A DNA stretch of 63,508 nt, filler included, from Octopus bimaculoides (GCF_001194135.2; 5 parts of 5 records of this genome joined end to end with filler, not necessarily neighbours in it), one strand, 5' to 3'. Counted from the whole stretch's first letter, positions 12,233 to 25,950 are shown. Made by a program: numbers and translations. Notes: generated by a model from the sequence alone, not told the origin.

Positions 12233-12589
12233 CACCACGGATACGTACATACTCATATGTGCACGTAATAAACAAAATATTGCTTCTGCGAGACGGAGAG
12301 AAGGAAGGGCAGCTGTTATAGCTCTTTGGAGTGGGTGGGATTTTTTGACTTACAGGAAGTGTGGATGTCATATTCAGCTCACATTCTTTCAATTGCCCAA
12401 CAGCTTGCATCACAAGTGTTAAAGACACTTGAATGTCAAATGTCGGTGTGAAAGCAGGAGACAGATTGTATACATAAGTATGTATACATAAGTATTTATA
12501 TACGAGCAACATTTATACATAATCATAAATACTTAAATACATCGACATCCATGAACCTCATTATTATCTTTCGACATGGTTTAACAACC

Positions 12590-12872
12590 AGTTCCATCTA
12601 TTCGGGATTCCCATTATGGGTTGTACCATTCATCTTTTCGATTGCTGGATACAAAATGTGGCTCGCGAGACATCCGTCTGGGGGATTTTCTTGAGTCAAC
12701 GTCTCACCCTCGTAGACCAATCCCTCACAAGGTTGCCCATTTTAGAGCTCAGTGGACTACAGCAACGTGAAGTGAAGTGTTTTGCTCAAGAACACAACGT
12801 TCAGCCGGTTTGGGAATAGGGTGCTGCTGTCGCGAACGCAACGCCTTAACCACTTGGGAACGCGTTTTCATA
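12590..12872 (-). mobile_element. tRNA-derived SINE sharing the central core with family C
   Basis: gcaacgtgaagtgaagtgttttgctcaagaacaca is the reverse complement of the core at 37916-37955; cgccttaaccact is an A-box-like head. Confidence 0.65.
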
Positions 12873-12939
12873 TTCTCGCTTATATATATATATATNNNNN
12901 NNNNNNNNNNNNNNNNNNNNNNNNNNNNNNNNNNNNNNN

Positions 12940-12951
12940 TTAATTAATTAA
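12940..12951. other. assembly linker TTAATTAATTAA (six-frame stop) inside a 100-bp gap placeholder; also at 30113-30124, 42150-42161, 46924-46935
   Basis: Each copy has exactly 44 N on both sides (44+12+44=100); the palindrome gives TAA in all six frames. Confidence 0.95.
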
Positions 12952-13893
12952 NNNNNNNNNNNNNNNNNNNNNNNNNNNNNNNNNNNNNNNNNNNNATATA
13001 TATATATATATATATATATATACACTCGGTATTTCCTAAGTTTATTTATTAAATGTTCTCATTCTAAATACTGTTTAGATGTATGTATATATATTTATAT
13101 ATATATATAAATTTACATATATGTGTATGTATATACACTTATATACATTCACACACATATATATATGTATATTTCATATGTATATATATATGAAATATAC
13201 ATATATATATGTGTGTGAATGCATATAAGTTTATATACATACACATATATGTAAATTTATATATATATAAATATAAGCGACGCTAAGTTTATAATTTTCG
13301 TATGTACAAATAGACATATTTATTATATCGTACGCCTTGAAATCCTTCAAACATTATATTAACCTATGTTAGTTTAATTTACCTACTTTTCACGTCTTGG
13401 ATTTCCTGTACTTCAGTTCTTTTAGTCGGTGTGTCCTGTTAAGGATGCCCTCTTCTCAACATACAAAGCCAATAAATACAATATTAACAATAAGCAATAG
13501 CATACAAAACAACACAACAAAGCTATGTTATTATAAAAAGGAAAAAGAAAAACACAATATGTTCACACCATAGACAGCATTAATAAATCAATGTGGACAA
13601 TAATAGGAAATGTTGCTAGAAATTGTAGTTTTATAAATAATCAAATAGTGATGACTAATGGCTCAGATTCATTACAGAATTTACCATGAGACAAAAGGTC
13701 GTCTATAATAATTCATGCTTATGTTACTACTGTTCCTCTGAATGATACATTTTTCTTTCTGCTGCTTTTGTTTTATTGCATGTATATTTTTCTGCTCCCA
13801 TGTGCTTAATAAACGAATATATTATATATATATATATTAATTGTTCAGATCCGTCATTTGAGATTTATTGAACCCTCGACCATTGATATAAAC

Positions 13894-13924
<31 letters not shown>

Positions 13925-14037
13925 TACGCAAGCACACAGACTCGTACACACACACAAACACACACCCACACGGACATACACACATCCACTTACTCTCTTT
14001 AACATAAAAATATGTATAAAAATATTTATTCATTTAT

Positions 14038-14205
14038 TTGACTGAAACCATGCTGGAGCATCAACTTTAGCGGAATAAATCGACCCCAGGCCTTATTCTT
14101 TGTAGGCCTAGTACTTATTCTATCGGCGTTTTTGCCGAACCACGCGGTTATGGGGACGTCAACATCGGTGTTCAAGTGATGATGGAGGGACAATCACAGA
14201 CACAC
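14038..14205 (-). mobile_element. SINE family A, 3' half
   Basis: tttgactg...catgctggagca...cttattctttgtaggcctagtacttattctatcgg. Confidence 0.8.
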
Positions 14206-14330
14206 AAATTTACACGCATACACTATATATATATATAAATGTTCTATATAATACAAAGCCTTGCTTTTTTATCTCATTGCGAAAAGCAAATATATATACG
14301 TGAAATGTGCATGTGCGCGTATAAATATAT

Positions 14331-14363
<33 letters not shown>

Positions 14364-14476
14364 NNNNNNNNNNNNNNNNNNNNNNNNNNNNNNNNNNNNN
14401 NNNNNNNNNNNNNNNNNNNNNNNNNNNNNNNNNNNNNNNNNNNNNNNNNNNNNNNNNNNNNNNATATATATATATA

Positions 14477-14631
14477 GCCTTTCCTTTGGCTAACACTGGT
14501 GGCGTGGAGAGGGGAGGCCAGAATGCATGGGTGACTGCTTGTCTTCCATAAACAACCTTGCCCGGATTTGTGCCTGGAAAGGTAACTTTCTAGGTGCAAT
14601 CCCATGGTCGGTCATGACCGAAGGGGGTCTC
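14477..14631 (+). mobile_element. SINE family C, 3' half
   Basis: gcatgggtgactgct...ccataaacaaccttgcccgga...aactttctaggtgcaatcccatggtc, matching 38060-38168 and 54290-54400. Confidence 0.85.
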
Positions 14632-14904
14632 AGCATATGTATATATACAGAGAGATTGAGAGAGAGAGGGTGGAGATACCGTGTCCAGCAGGGTGAATCG
14701 TTAGCGTATCAAGCGAGATGATTCACGGCATTTCATTATCCTTTCATCTTTTCAGTGTTGAAAAATAAGCACCAGTTGATCACTAGGGTTGATGTCATCA
14801 ACTAGCTTCCTCCAAAATTTCAGGCTTAGCGCCTACAGCCGAAAGGATATGATGTTTTCTGTGTGTATGTGTGTGTTTGTGAGTCTGTGTTCGCATCCAC
14901 AAAC

Positions 14905-15090
14905 CTTTTATCTTTTATCTTTTGCTTGTTCAGTCATTTGACTGCGGCTATACTGGGGCAACGCCTTCAAGTGCTTAAGTCGAACAAATCCCAGGACTTA
15001 CGTTTTAAATCCTAGCACTTATTTTATCTCTTTTTTTCGAACCGCTAATTTACGAGGATATGAGAACACTAAAACTGGTAATCCAAGTGT
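14905..15090 (-). mobile_element. SINE family A, 3' half (diverged)
   Basis: cagtcatttgactgcggc...gtcgaacaaatc...gaaccgctaa. Confidence 0.75.
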
Positions 15091-17168
15091 GCATGTTTAT
15101 ATCGTAGGCAGTGTTTCATTATTTTTAATGCTTTATTTCAGGGTAAGAAAGAATTGAATGTAAGGGCTTAGTGTTTCTTAATAAACATGTCCTCTGACCA
15201 AAGTAATATTGATCAAGTCCCACCTCACATACTTACAACAGCAAGCGTTGAACCTACATGCTTATCCCAAACTATAATTTAAACTTGTGTCGATAAGTTT
15301 AAGAACTTCGTATATATGAAGTTATTATCCTTGAAATGCTATTCTTTAGCCTAACGTTTGTCAGCGGGTAATATAAACTAAGTTTAATGTTTATCCTTTT
15401 GCTCTTGTATCAATGTTTCATTTGTTTGTTCTCTATTTGGATATAAACATTTATAATCATCTAAGCGGAAACATTTCCCTTGAAAGTAATTATGTTGAGC
15501 AATTTTCTTTCAGCTTATACTCTTCCGAGTTTGTAGTTTTGAAAGTGCACAGTTCCGATTTTTGTGAATGAAAGTTATAATTGTTTCTACATAGTTACAT
15601 GAAAATATATCACTTTTTATTTAACAATAGATATATATATATTTAAAATTATTTCCCGTTTCTTTGACAGGTATGTTCCTATGCAATAACATCACATATC
15701 AATCTTAACTCAAGTTACTTTTCTGTGTGACTATGACAATTTGATAAAGAATATTTTTCTAATGTTACTTCAATACATTCCTTTCTCGACATACAGAAAA
15801 AAAAACAAGCATTGAAAGCTTTCTTGCTCTGAAATAAAGAATTAAAAATAATCAAACACTACCTACGATGTAACCTGCACAATAATACTTGGATTACCTT
15901 CGTATACTTGAGATTGTTCTGTCGTTATCTTCTGGTAATGTAAAAATGTTGTTTTTTTTAATACTATGTCACTTTTGCTATTGTTGTTAGGGCTTCGCTT
16001 ATATCTTATGTTCTTTGATTATTTTGTTTGCTATGTGGACGATATCTAATGTAAGATGTGTGATTTATTTGTGTGTTGATTTTTCGAGTGCATGTTTCTT
16101 ATATACTTTAATAGTGATCCCTTTGGTTATCCTTTATGCAAGTTGTGTTCTTTCATTAGATGCATATTGCAGCGGACATGTGATGTATGTAGAAAGTATA
16201 CCGATTTCTGCGTTTAAATTGACAACGTTTCGCGTAAGATGTGAGATGTGCATATCTCAGCAGTCTTTTTGGATTGTGTTCTTCATTATGCGCTAAGTTA
16301 TGATCTCTGTTTTCATCATCAGCATCGTCACCGTCGTTGTCGTCATCGCCGCCATCTTCGTCGACGGATCGGAAAAGAAAAAACCGTTTGCATGTGTTGT
16401 GAGCATTTACATGGGTTGCTCTTCCTTCTCACTACGTGCTTTTCTTGCGTTGATGGTAAGCCAGTGATCATTCTAAAATAATTTTCATTTCCTTTTTTAA
16501 TCAAATATTGTTATCCACATCATTATTATTTCGGCATTAGCGAACATATTTCTTATTTGTGCTCGCAGTGGGCTTTTTAGTGCTTTGTTTTCTCAAACAT
16601 TTTCAAACACTGTGTATTTTACGTGAATAGCCTTTATTGAAACGTAGTGAAACTTATTCACCCCTAATTTTGAAAAGAAAAAACCATATCTATTTAAATT
16701 ATTGCTCAGTTCTTCTTGATTGTGTTTGGATATTAACAATTTTTTTTTCGGAAATTCGATTAATATTTCCACATGCTTTTGTCACGTAAGACCATTTCTA
16801 CAGGACAAGAAATATATTATTGAATTATTTCTCTTCTTGTTGGACATGTTTCGTAACGTTCACAAATATACTCATTCTCCGCGAATAAAAAAAATAGCAG
16901 AATATTCCTTCGAAAAGTGTGTTATACATATCTTGATCTAACGATATAATAACAAACGCGCGCGAGCGCACGCATACACACATACACACCTGTATATATA
17001 TAATTATATATTCCTGTTACGCACTGAGGACCGAATTCTTTTCGAAGGAAAGTCTTGCATTTTTAAAGATGTCGGATATTTTAGTAAATTTTCTTCAAAA
17101 GTATCCTACCAAGAAAATTGTGATAATGCAAATAAGAACAAAAAATTGCCTGGGTTGCAACTATATAA

Positions 17169-17225
<57 letters not shown>

Positions 17226-17229
17226 TGAT

Positions 17230-17435
17230 AATTTTTGCATAATACCAGCAATTTCGAGGGAGTGGTTTTGTCGACTACATTGACCTAAGTACTTATTTTA
17301 TCGGCCCCCTCCTCCAAAAAGTATGAGAGGCAAAGTCGATCAGGGCGGAAATTGAACTCAGAACGTAAAGACGGACGAAATGCCGCTGTGCATATTTGCG
17401 AGGCGTGCTAACTATTCTATTAGTTTGCCGCTTTA
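17230..17435 (-). mobile_element. SINE family B next to (TAA)n at 17170-17222
   Basis: ggcaaagtcgatcagggcggaaattgaactcagaacgtaaagacggacgaaatgccgc. Confidence 0.8.
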
Positions 17436-18589
17436 ATCATAATGATAACAACACTAATTGATATTTATCAATGATATCTAAGTGATAGGGAACTGTGTTC
17501 TTGGAGTGTGTACATTATGGTAGTTGAGGGAGAGGAAATACGTTTATATGGTTTGTTGCATACACGCTGTTGTAAGATATATTCTCTTACATCTCGTTAC
17601 TTTGGTAAGTCGTCTCTCGTGCGGAGAATGTGTAACGTACATAACACTATTTTATTGGATATGATTTTGTTGTTCATAATTGGAAAGATTTGCAGTATAG
17701 CAATGGAAGTCACCTGCTCAGACTTTATTATTGCCGTTGTTGTTGCTTTCGTCGCTGATATTTTTGTTTTGCTGAAATGTTATTTTTCTTGTTCTCTGTT
17801 ATTAGTGGTGAGCTGTTGTTATTCTTATTACTAGTCGATGTTTAAGCGGTCGTACATCATTGTCAGAATTCCCTTAACATATTATTTTAAGAGAATAACC
17901 TAATGGATATAAATTATATTTCGTTCCACTTTCACAAATACAAGGCAGTTACACTATTTGCTCTCCCACCGCATTGTCTGGTGTAAAAGAAAGTTTCATC
18001 ATTCTATATGTTGAAGTCTCTTCCTCTCACGCTTTCCTCCCACATGTACGCACAGACACATAAACACACATATGTATGTATAAACTATGTGTGTGTACGT
18101 ACTTATAAAGTCAAATCAATTTTATAAATTATATAGATATAATTTAAAATACCCATATATTTATGGTAAGTAGCTATTTGAATTGTTGTCAGTGTATAAA
18201 GGCCATCTCATATATAGCAATAACATGAAATTACACGTCACCAATTATTTTGAAGCACGAACATAGATTATAGATTTTATACCGAAACCCTGTGAAAATG
18301 TAGTAGAGTGGGTTTAGAATTACACAATGACAAACACAAAAATATGAAATTAATACTAAAAGTCCAAATTTTAAATGGAAATGCCTTACTTTACTGTAGG
18401 CACAGCAACAGATATTAAAAAGAACTTCATAAATAAGTACGCCAATATGAGGACTCAATATTTTGCAAAAGTGGAGCTTTATAAGGATCTCCTCGATATG
18501 AGAAACCTCAATAAAAGAAATAGAAATGGAGGTGGGAGGCGAGAAAGTACCGCCTTCGCTGACGTTTTAATTAAGAATTCGAAGGAGGA

Positions 18590-18700
18590 ATGTGAAATAC
18601 TTCTGGTGACACTCTGCAAGATACATTTAACGCATACAATGGAGTATCGTTCTCATATCTGGAACAGTGCCTGACCAAAGTTTTCAGATGCACCAGGGGT
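18590..18700 (+). pseudogene. L2/Crack-like LINE RT C-terminal remnant
   Basis: ORF 18375-18674 ends LLVTLCKIHLTHTMEYRSHIWNSA, resembling LxTLYKAQIRPxMEYCSHIWxxA. Confidence 0.5.
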
Positions 18701-19311
18701 GAGAGAGCTGAAGACATGAGAGCGTCACTTGTACCAGAATGTGGAAGACGTGATAATAGCCAACGCCGAGGAATAGGAGTCCTGAAAGTAGAGACAGAGA
18801 ACGAGTAGAGGCAAAGAAAGCCAAGGATTCACCTCTCGCAACACAAGACTAGACAGAAGCTCCAAGCAGCTCTTCCATCGATTTTAGAGACGAAGTAGAA
18901 AAGTTATCGTCTGAAGACAGGAGGAAGGTCAACTGTTTATTGATTGGCCAGTGCGAAGCATGTTTTAGGAAATGTGGGACTGTATCTGGATATCTGCTTC
19001 GGATGAAAGAAGGTAATCAAATTTGCAAAGAATGAGCGGACGAAACGTTGTATTAATGATGCACAAATACTCAGTCCATGTATTTTCAGTTGATTTAATG
19101 AAAGAAACACTGTTACTAATTTACTCGCCTAGCACTTATAGATCTTTAGAATACCCGACAAAATACACATTTCTCCCGTCACTTTATTTTCTGAGTTCAA
19201 ATCCCACCGAAGTCAAAATTACCTTTCATCCTTTCGTGTACAATTAAAACAAAATACAATGTTGGGTTCCCTCAATTTTGTTGAGTTTTGTAATAATTAG
19301 AAGGGATTTTA

Positions 19312-19530
19312 AAGGCGGAGAGCTGGCAGAACTATTATCGGATCGTCGGCAAAAAGCTTGGCCTAATTTCTGCCGGTCCTTTAGGTTCAAAGTTCAATTT
19401 TCGAGAAAGTGAATTAAACTTTAATCCATTCGGGGGTCGATAAAGAAGCTGCCAGTTAAGCACACGTGTCGATGTAATCGACTTCATCTTCCCTGGAAAC
19501 AGCTGACTATGTGCCAAAATGAGAAAGAGT
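19312..19530 (+). mobile_element. SINE family B (diverged)
   Basis: aaggcggagagctggcagaact...ggggtcgataa...gtcgatgtaatcgact. Confidence 0.75.
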
Positions 19531-19929
19531 TATCATTAGGATTGTTTCGACCCATATATGTGTGTGTGTATCTGCCTGTCTGTCCTTGTGCATTCATCCA
19601 TCTTTATTATATTTCGGTGTTCAATGATATGTATAGTTAAGCGAGTTATATATTTAAACACACATACACAGGCGTATGTGTGTGTTTCTCGCTTAAATAT
19701 GCCTACCATTATATTTCAAAATATGTATATCTCTACGCTGATTTCTTCGTAGAGATATAAATATTTTGAAATATAATGGTAGGNNNNNNNNNNNNNNNNN
19801 NNNNNNNNNNNNNNNNNNNNNNNNNNNNNNNNNNNNNNNNNNNNNNNNNNNNNNNNNNNNNNNNNNNNNNNNNNNNNNNNNNNNNNNNNNNNNNNNNNNN
19901 NNNNNNNNNNNNNNNNNNNNNNNNNNNNN

Positions 19930-19966
<37 letters not shown>

Positions 19967-20949
19967 TATACATATTCATACATACACTTATATATATATA
20001 TATGATGTGCCTATGTGCCTATGTGTATTGTGTGTAAGTTTATCGATTTGCTGAAGAAAGAGGAGATAGAAAGCTGTTTCCGCTGGTTAATGTAAAGAAC
20101 AATAATTGCCATTCATATCGTTTGTTTTCTTTCGAAATAGTCTGTCACTCAAAGAAAATCAGTTCAAAGGAGACTTCTAGCCATTCAAAGAATATCTTTC
20201 CCGAATACGCTTCAATGGTTTTTATTCTAATAACAATATATGGATGGAAGTTTCATATGATGTTCCTAAGCACAATAGGATAAATATTTCTTCTACATCC
20301 CTAATATCTTGAGGCTTCCTAAGATTTCCGGATTGACCATAAAAAGTTGTGAGTACAATTGCTAATCTATTCTACATCATACTTCCAAATTATGAAGATA
20401 AATAGTAAGTTTAGAGCTTTATTTATTAAATAATGGACGAAATTTCTATGCCGTGTTGCGTTGGTTAACTAAATATCCCTCGGCGAAGTTTTTATGCTCA
20501 ACTTTCTGAATGCGTAATCATAACATTGGCAATACTTCGATTTTTCTTGTTAAACTCATTATGCATAAATTCTCTTTCATTACTTCGTTTATTATTCTTT
20601 AAACCTATATTAGTTTCATATAGCAATACATTAGTCAGAATTTTCTGACCATTATTAGCTTTTGTTGAATTTCGTTTTATATCAGAAATTTATAGAAGGT
20701 TCACTGATTTTGAAAATTTTCGAAAATGGCAACTCCTAATAACATGTATTGTGAAGAATCTACTTTTGAATAGGAAAGTTATGTAATAGACACCTGTAAA
20801 TTTAAAAGAAATATTTTTGTTGTTTTCGACTTAGCTATTGTTAGCTTCGATCAGGCAGAAATTGATAAATGTATTGACTAAGGTTTTTAAGTAGGCTCCT
20901 ACTTCCAAGATTTTATTGTGTAATTCATAAGCAGAATGCAGTTTGTATT

Positions 20950-21970
20950 ACATTTGGTCGACGATGTGTAGGCATGCGTTGAGGATTGCGTCATCAGCAG
21001 CCTTTCTTTGAAGAGGAGCCAGTGCGATCTCTAAAGGCATGTTTGTTCGGAGGCTCATCTGTTTGACGCAGCTACAGTCTTCGGTCAAAAAGAGAGCCAT
21101 AACACAGGCATAGTGTCTGGAATAATGTGAAACCGTCAGTGCCAAAAAGCGGCGGGTAATGAGACTGGTAGAATTTACACTGAAGCAATATATAGAACAC
21201 TTGCGATGGGTAAGAACGATGACGTTGTTTGGAAGATGAATTCATTGCAGATATTAGGCCAAGCTTTATGCCGACGATGCTATAATGATTCTTCCAGCTT
21301 TCTGCCTTTTAAATCCTTCCTAATTTTTACACCGTTTACGAAGAGGACGAATTCATTGTTTGGGAGGTCTTGAAAACCTAGGACTATTATTAAGCATTTC
21401 TAGAAATACTTGATTAGGTAGCTAACTGCATAGCACTATTTGTTCGAGATAAACTACTATCATGCGAGATGCGAGCAGAACGAGTAACCATATTGCACAT
21501 ACTCCGATTACTGCTGTATTGTGAGGTTATGACAAATAGCTGCTGTCGAGTGTAAAACATATCTAAATGCCGGCGAATTCCACCGTGATTCGTTCGCTTA
21601 CCCGAATGCTCACCTTTAACAACATGGATCTAGTCATGTTCCTTCGCCTATGGACTCTGACAGAAGAACTTCTGTAGTGGATGACGCTGCAAAGATAGAG
21701 TGTAGACGTCTTCCTCTGCGGACAAGCTCTTATAGAATTTGTGAGTTTCCACTTGAAAAGGAAAATGAGGTTGTAGAGTGAGGTATTACATCTCAACAAT
21801 TTTTGTCTGATGATTCCGTTTGGGTGAATGCTGCTTGTGTAATTATATGCATGTAGATTAGAGAATAGGTTGATTGAAGTAACTGCCTTTGGTGGCCAGG
21901 GAGATAATGTTTTTTTGGGGGGTTCCTTGGTTAGTGCTATTAAAAGGCTCTCTGCAACATCTATGTGTTG
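20950..21970 (-). pseudogene. heavily decayed L2/CR1-like LINE remnant
   Basis: Minus-strand fragments NQGTPQKNIIS, NLHAYNYTS and catcgcaagtgttctatatattgc lie in the order expected for GVPQGS, IHSYADD and HRRxVxSL motifs; many stops. Confidence 0.45.
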
Positions 21971-22904
21971 AAATATTTTGCAAAATATGTATAATTTCTA
22001 TCTTCCACTCAACTACCCTTTTTCTCCCCCACCGTCTTTATATCTCCCCTTTACCACCACCACCAGATTGTATATAGAAGATATCAATAGTATAATTATT
22101 ATTACTTTTATAGTTAAATGGGTTGATATCTAGATAGTTACAGAGAGAAAACAGAGAGAAATAGATATTCAAAGATGCATGTTTAATTGTTGTAGATTAT
22201 AACTTGTATAGAGTAATGTCAGCATGCCTACTTGAGAGAAATAAAAACAGACAAAAAGCACATTCTTAATGAGAATTAGATATTGACAGTTATGGCACGC
22301 ACCTTACGAAAACCGTTGTTGTTATGCATTATTAACTACCTCATACAACATATTATTAATTGATACACTGTTTCTCGATAAAATTATATATTTCTGAACA
22401 ATTTTGCGTAATTTGCAATTAAATAATATATTGCAAAACACGAGCAAGTGAACAATATTTTATATTGGACATTAAGATTATGAATTACTGCTTTGCTTGT
22501 TTTTCTTTTGCATTTATATATGATCCATTCGCTCTGAAATGTTACGAACAAAATGTCGACATGGCCCAAAGCCATTAATTTATGCTCAATTAGAAATTGC
22601 ATTTATCTTTTCGTATTTGAGAAAACAGATGAGTCTTTATTTACAAGATTTTTCCTGGTGGTTAATGGATATTTAACAAAGCTGATTTCGACGTTTACAA
22701 CAAATGGTGGTTGTGTACGTCAACATGTAATTGTTGCCTTCTTGTATTGTACGTATATACTCATACACACACACACACACACACACATACATACATACAT
22801 ACATGCATACATAGATACATAGATCCATACATACATACATACATACATACATACATACATACATACATACATACATACATACATACATACATGAGGACTA
22901 TCTC

Positions 22905-23405
22905 CTTATACGATATGACATTGTCGCAATAATAATATACATTGGCATTCGGAAAAAAAGATCGTCCTGGATTAGATATAGAGAATCATCCTGTTGCTGT
23001 CTACGTACACAAATACCAGCATAAGGAATACTGGTGGAACATTCCCAACAAAGTATCTGTCAAGTGTAGCCACAACAGGTCAGATATTGTTGTTTGTGAC
23101 TTACAAGAAAAGTATGTAGTGTTATAGAGGTCAGCTGTGCGGCTGATGCGAATATCCCTTTGAAAATCAAAGAGAAAGATGATAACTATGCACAACTGAT
23201 TCGAAACTTCCAGCTTCTATATCCGGATTAGAAATTTACATTTATACCTATAATAATTGTAGCACTTGGTCTTGTAGGTAAACGCCTAACTCTCAGTCTG
23301 GATCAGCTTGGATTTTCAGAAAAAGAAATCAACTGACTGAATCGTACATTACAAATACAATCTGTAAGTGGAACAGTAAAACTATGCACGATTTTTCTCA
23401 GGTTT
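22905..23405 (+). pseudogene. RLE-type (R2 superfamily, R4/NeSL-like) LINE C-terminus: restriction-like endonuclease
   Basis: Frameshifted translation RYDIVA...EYWWNIPNKVSVKCSHNRSDIVVCD...IEVSCAADANIPLKIKEKDDNY...FIPIIIVALG matches RHD, NRPDIV, IE and GALG motifs. Confidence 0.85.
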
Positions 23406-23840
23406 CTATTTCATACTTACCAAATAAGCTCAATATGCCATTGTATTCTTGAGACTACATATGTAGAGATAGTATTACTTCTAATGGGATTGCGAAAAGT
23501 GAGCTTCTAGCTTTAAAAGGGATTATCAGAGAGACCTATGCGAGATTTTGTCGTACGTTTGTTTATCTACATTTCGGTGCTATACATATGCATTGCACGT
23601 AGTTGCACTTCAAGTTGTAGAAGTTCAGCTTAATATAATCACAATTTGGGGTTAATAGTATTTTGGTTTTGTTAGTTTAAATAAGATTTAAGTATATGAT
23701 TTTCTGGGCAATTATGTGAAATGAAGTACAACGTTTAAATATCATCACTAAGTCTGTAGTGCACATACTTAGTAGTATAAATATTCTTGTTACGGATTTT
23801 GCTGCAGGTAGATTGTAATAAATGTTTTTTAAATAATACC

Positions 23841-23881
<41 letters not shown>

Positions 23882-23883
23882 GT

Positions 23884-23928
<45 letters not shown>

Positions 23929-24559
23929 TGTGTGTGTGTGTCGTAAGGCCTCGACCAGCCGCACTGGGTTTTGTGTGCAGACCAGATGAGATGTTTATAT
24001 GAATGTATAAACTTGAGGGCTTGAGCGATGCTGTGTTTCAGTATGTCCCACGTACACACATGATACGCACACACGCACGCAATCACAGACTGTAGGATAA
24101 CCACGACAACCACAAGGATAGTTATGAGTTACAACCTATCGAGAGAGTAGGTAGGAGAACATTGATACTGATTGGCAAAGGGAAACCTTATTAAACTTGT
24201 GGTAATAAATATCGCTTGAATGCCTTCCTCTGAAAGGTAGTGCAAATACTTTAAACAACCCAGCAAACTGCAGCAGAGATGAAGACCATGGCTGCAGATA
24301 CTACTGTCGCTGTATCCTAAACCTGGGTTTCAGTATATCTCAAGAGTACAATCTTATTATTAGCCGGGAGAAGTAAAAAGATAGCGATGGACGGAGAAAG
24401 TTTGAAAACGCGTGTGGACAAGGGGAAAAGCAGGTAAGCGTCTGAAGATATTTGTCAAAGAAATTCCCACTCACATGAGGACTTGAGCGTTAATGGTTGG
24501 CTGAGATGATAAGCATATCCTGATAGATCTGGTCAATGATGTGAAATAAGACAAGCCAC

Positions 24560-24780
24560 ATATACCTCTTATTAAGGAACAGATCCACAGCAAATACATA
24601 GAAACAAAATATGATATACTTCTAGAGACTCTCTGTTACAAAGTTAACTGGAGGTTGCGGAAACAATCTAGGTCATACCGCAACGGAAGCAGACAGTGCA
24701 CACTTTGCATGGCTGAGAGAGTAATGACCCTAAAACCTTCGGGATCATTCTTGAATTCAAATATTGAAATGTTTACTAGA
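24560..24780 (+). pseudogene. Penelope-like element endonuclease C-terminal remnant
   Basis: YKVNWRLRKQSRSYRNGSRQCTLCMAERVMTLKPSGSFLNSNIE resembles the IxWxI...Y...SxxCxLCLxEK...LNxRxE tail of PLE GIY-YIG domains. Confidence 0.65.
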
Positions 24781-25724
24781 GAGAGAGAGAAGGGGGAGAG
24801 AGACAAAGAGAAAGGGGGGAGAGATAGAGAGAGAGGGGAGAGGGGAGAGATAGAGAGAGAAGGGGGAGAGAGAGATGATGAAGAGAGAGAAAGAAAGAAG
24901 AAACAAATATAACTGGAATCGTTTCAGAGATGTATTTTTACCTCCATCAATAAAGAGGTTCTGTGCTCCTGGTCAGCAGGTATGATGAATCGCTTACATT
25001 GCCAAGTGCAATAGCAGACTTCAAACCAATGGTACGTTTCTGACCCACCATAATCAAATATATACTACTTAATTACATAATCTATCTAACTAACTAACTA
25101 ACTATCTATCTATCTATATAAGCTTGTGTAAATGTATATATGTATTTTGTATTCGCAGTTTAGTTCTGAAAAATCACGTGAATTGTTTATCAACCTCCAT
25201 GTGTCTAAGAATAGATGTTTGATTCTAAATGTAATTCTCCAAGAGTAAATTGAACATGTTTCTTTTAACGAAGTATTTTGCAACAAAATTATCTTAATAC
25301 AATAAACTTTAACTTGCACTTAAAGCAACCAGTGTATATATCTTAACATAACAACATACTTCATTGGTTTCATGATACTATCTTAAAACATTTACACTTT
25401 TCTCTTCTATATTCTCTTTCACTCACTTTTCTCTCACTCTCTCTTTCTGGCATTTTGTCGCTCTTTTATCTTGCTCTGACGTTTTCATTGAAGAGTTTTG
25501 AAATCAAAATGTTTACAACACACTATAAGATTTTACGAAGATAATGAGAAAAAGAGAGAGAGAACAACGTAGATAACAACCAGCCCAATGACTGCAGGAT
25601 GTGAGAAATAAATATTTACAACTATCACATTTTCCATTGGCATCCGATTAAAAATGATTTTATATAGAGAGTTGAATCGGACAGAGTTTGAAATAGCAAT
25701 TATGCCCCAAGCATTTCTTCTTCA

Positions 25725-25751
25725 TTATTGTTATTATTGTTATTGTTGTTG

Positions 25752-25819
<68 letters not shown>

Positions 25820-25820
25820 G
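25725..25820. repeat. (TAT)n/(TGT)n microsatellite
   Basis: Direct reading. Confidence 0.95.
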
Positions 25821-25950
25821 TATTGTTTCAAACAGTTTCCTAAGTGTAATATCTATGTGTAACTTGGTCTACTGGGTTTTAAATAAATGACTTTGAAAAT
25901 CTTCATCTCTACTGCAGTTTCTCATGTTATTTCTAATACCACTTTGAATG

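Noticed and set aside
9705-12512. Long ORFs of 185-424 aa in the track (also 26728-27360, 35393-36667, 45017-45955)
   Set aside because: They are open only because N-runs and dinucleotide repeats contain no stop codons.
13385-13740. Two possible 53-nt minus-strand exons with gtaaat donors
   Set aside because: Acceptors are weak, and the joined product stops quickly and resembles nothing I recognise.
15712-15740. Resemblance to the reverse complement of miR-153
   Set aside because: Needs several insertions, and there is no partner arm.
21622-21640. tgactagatcca (miR-279-like 5' end) on the minus strand
   Set aside because: Only 12 nt match, there is no precursor hairpin, and it lies in a LINE remnant.
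24386-24400. tggacggagaa (miR-184-like)
   Set aside because: Only 11 nt match, and there is no complementary arm.
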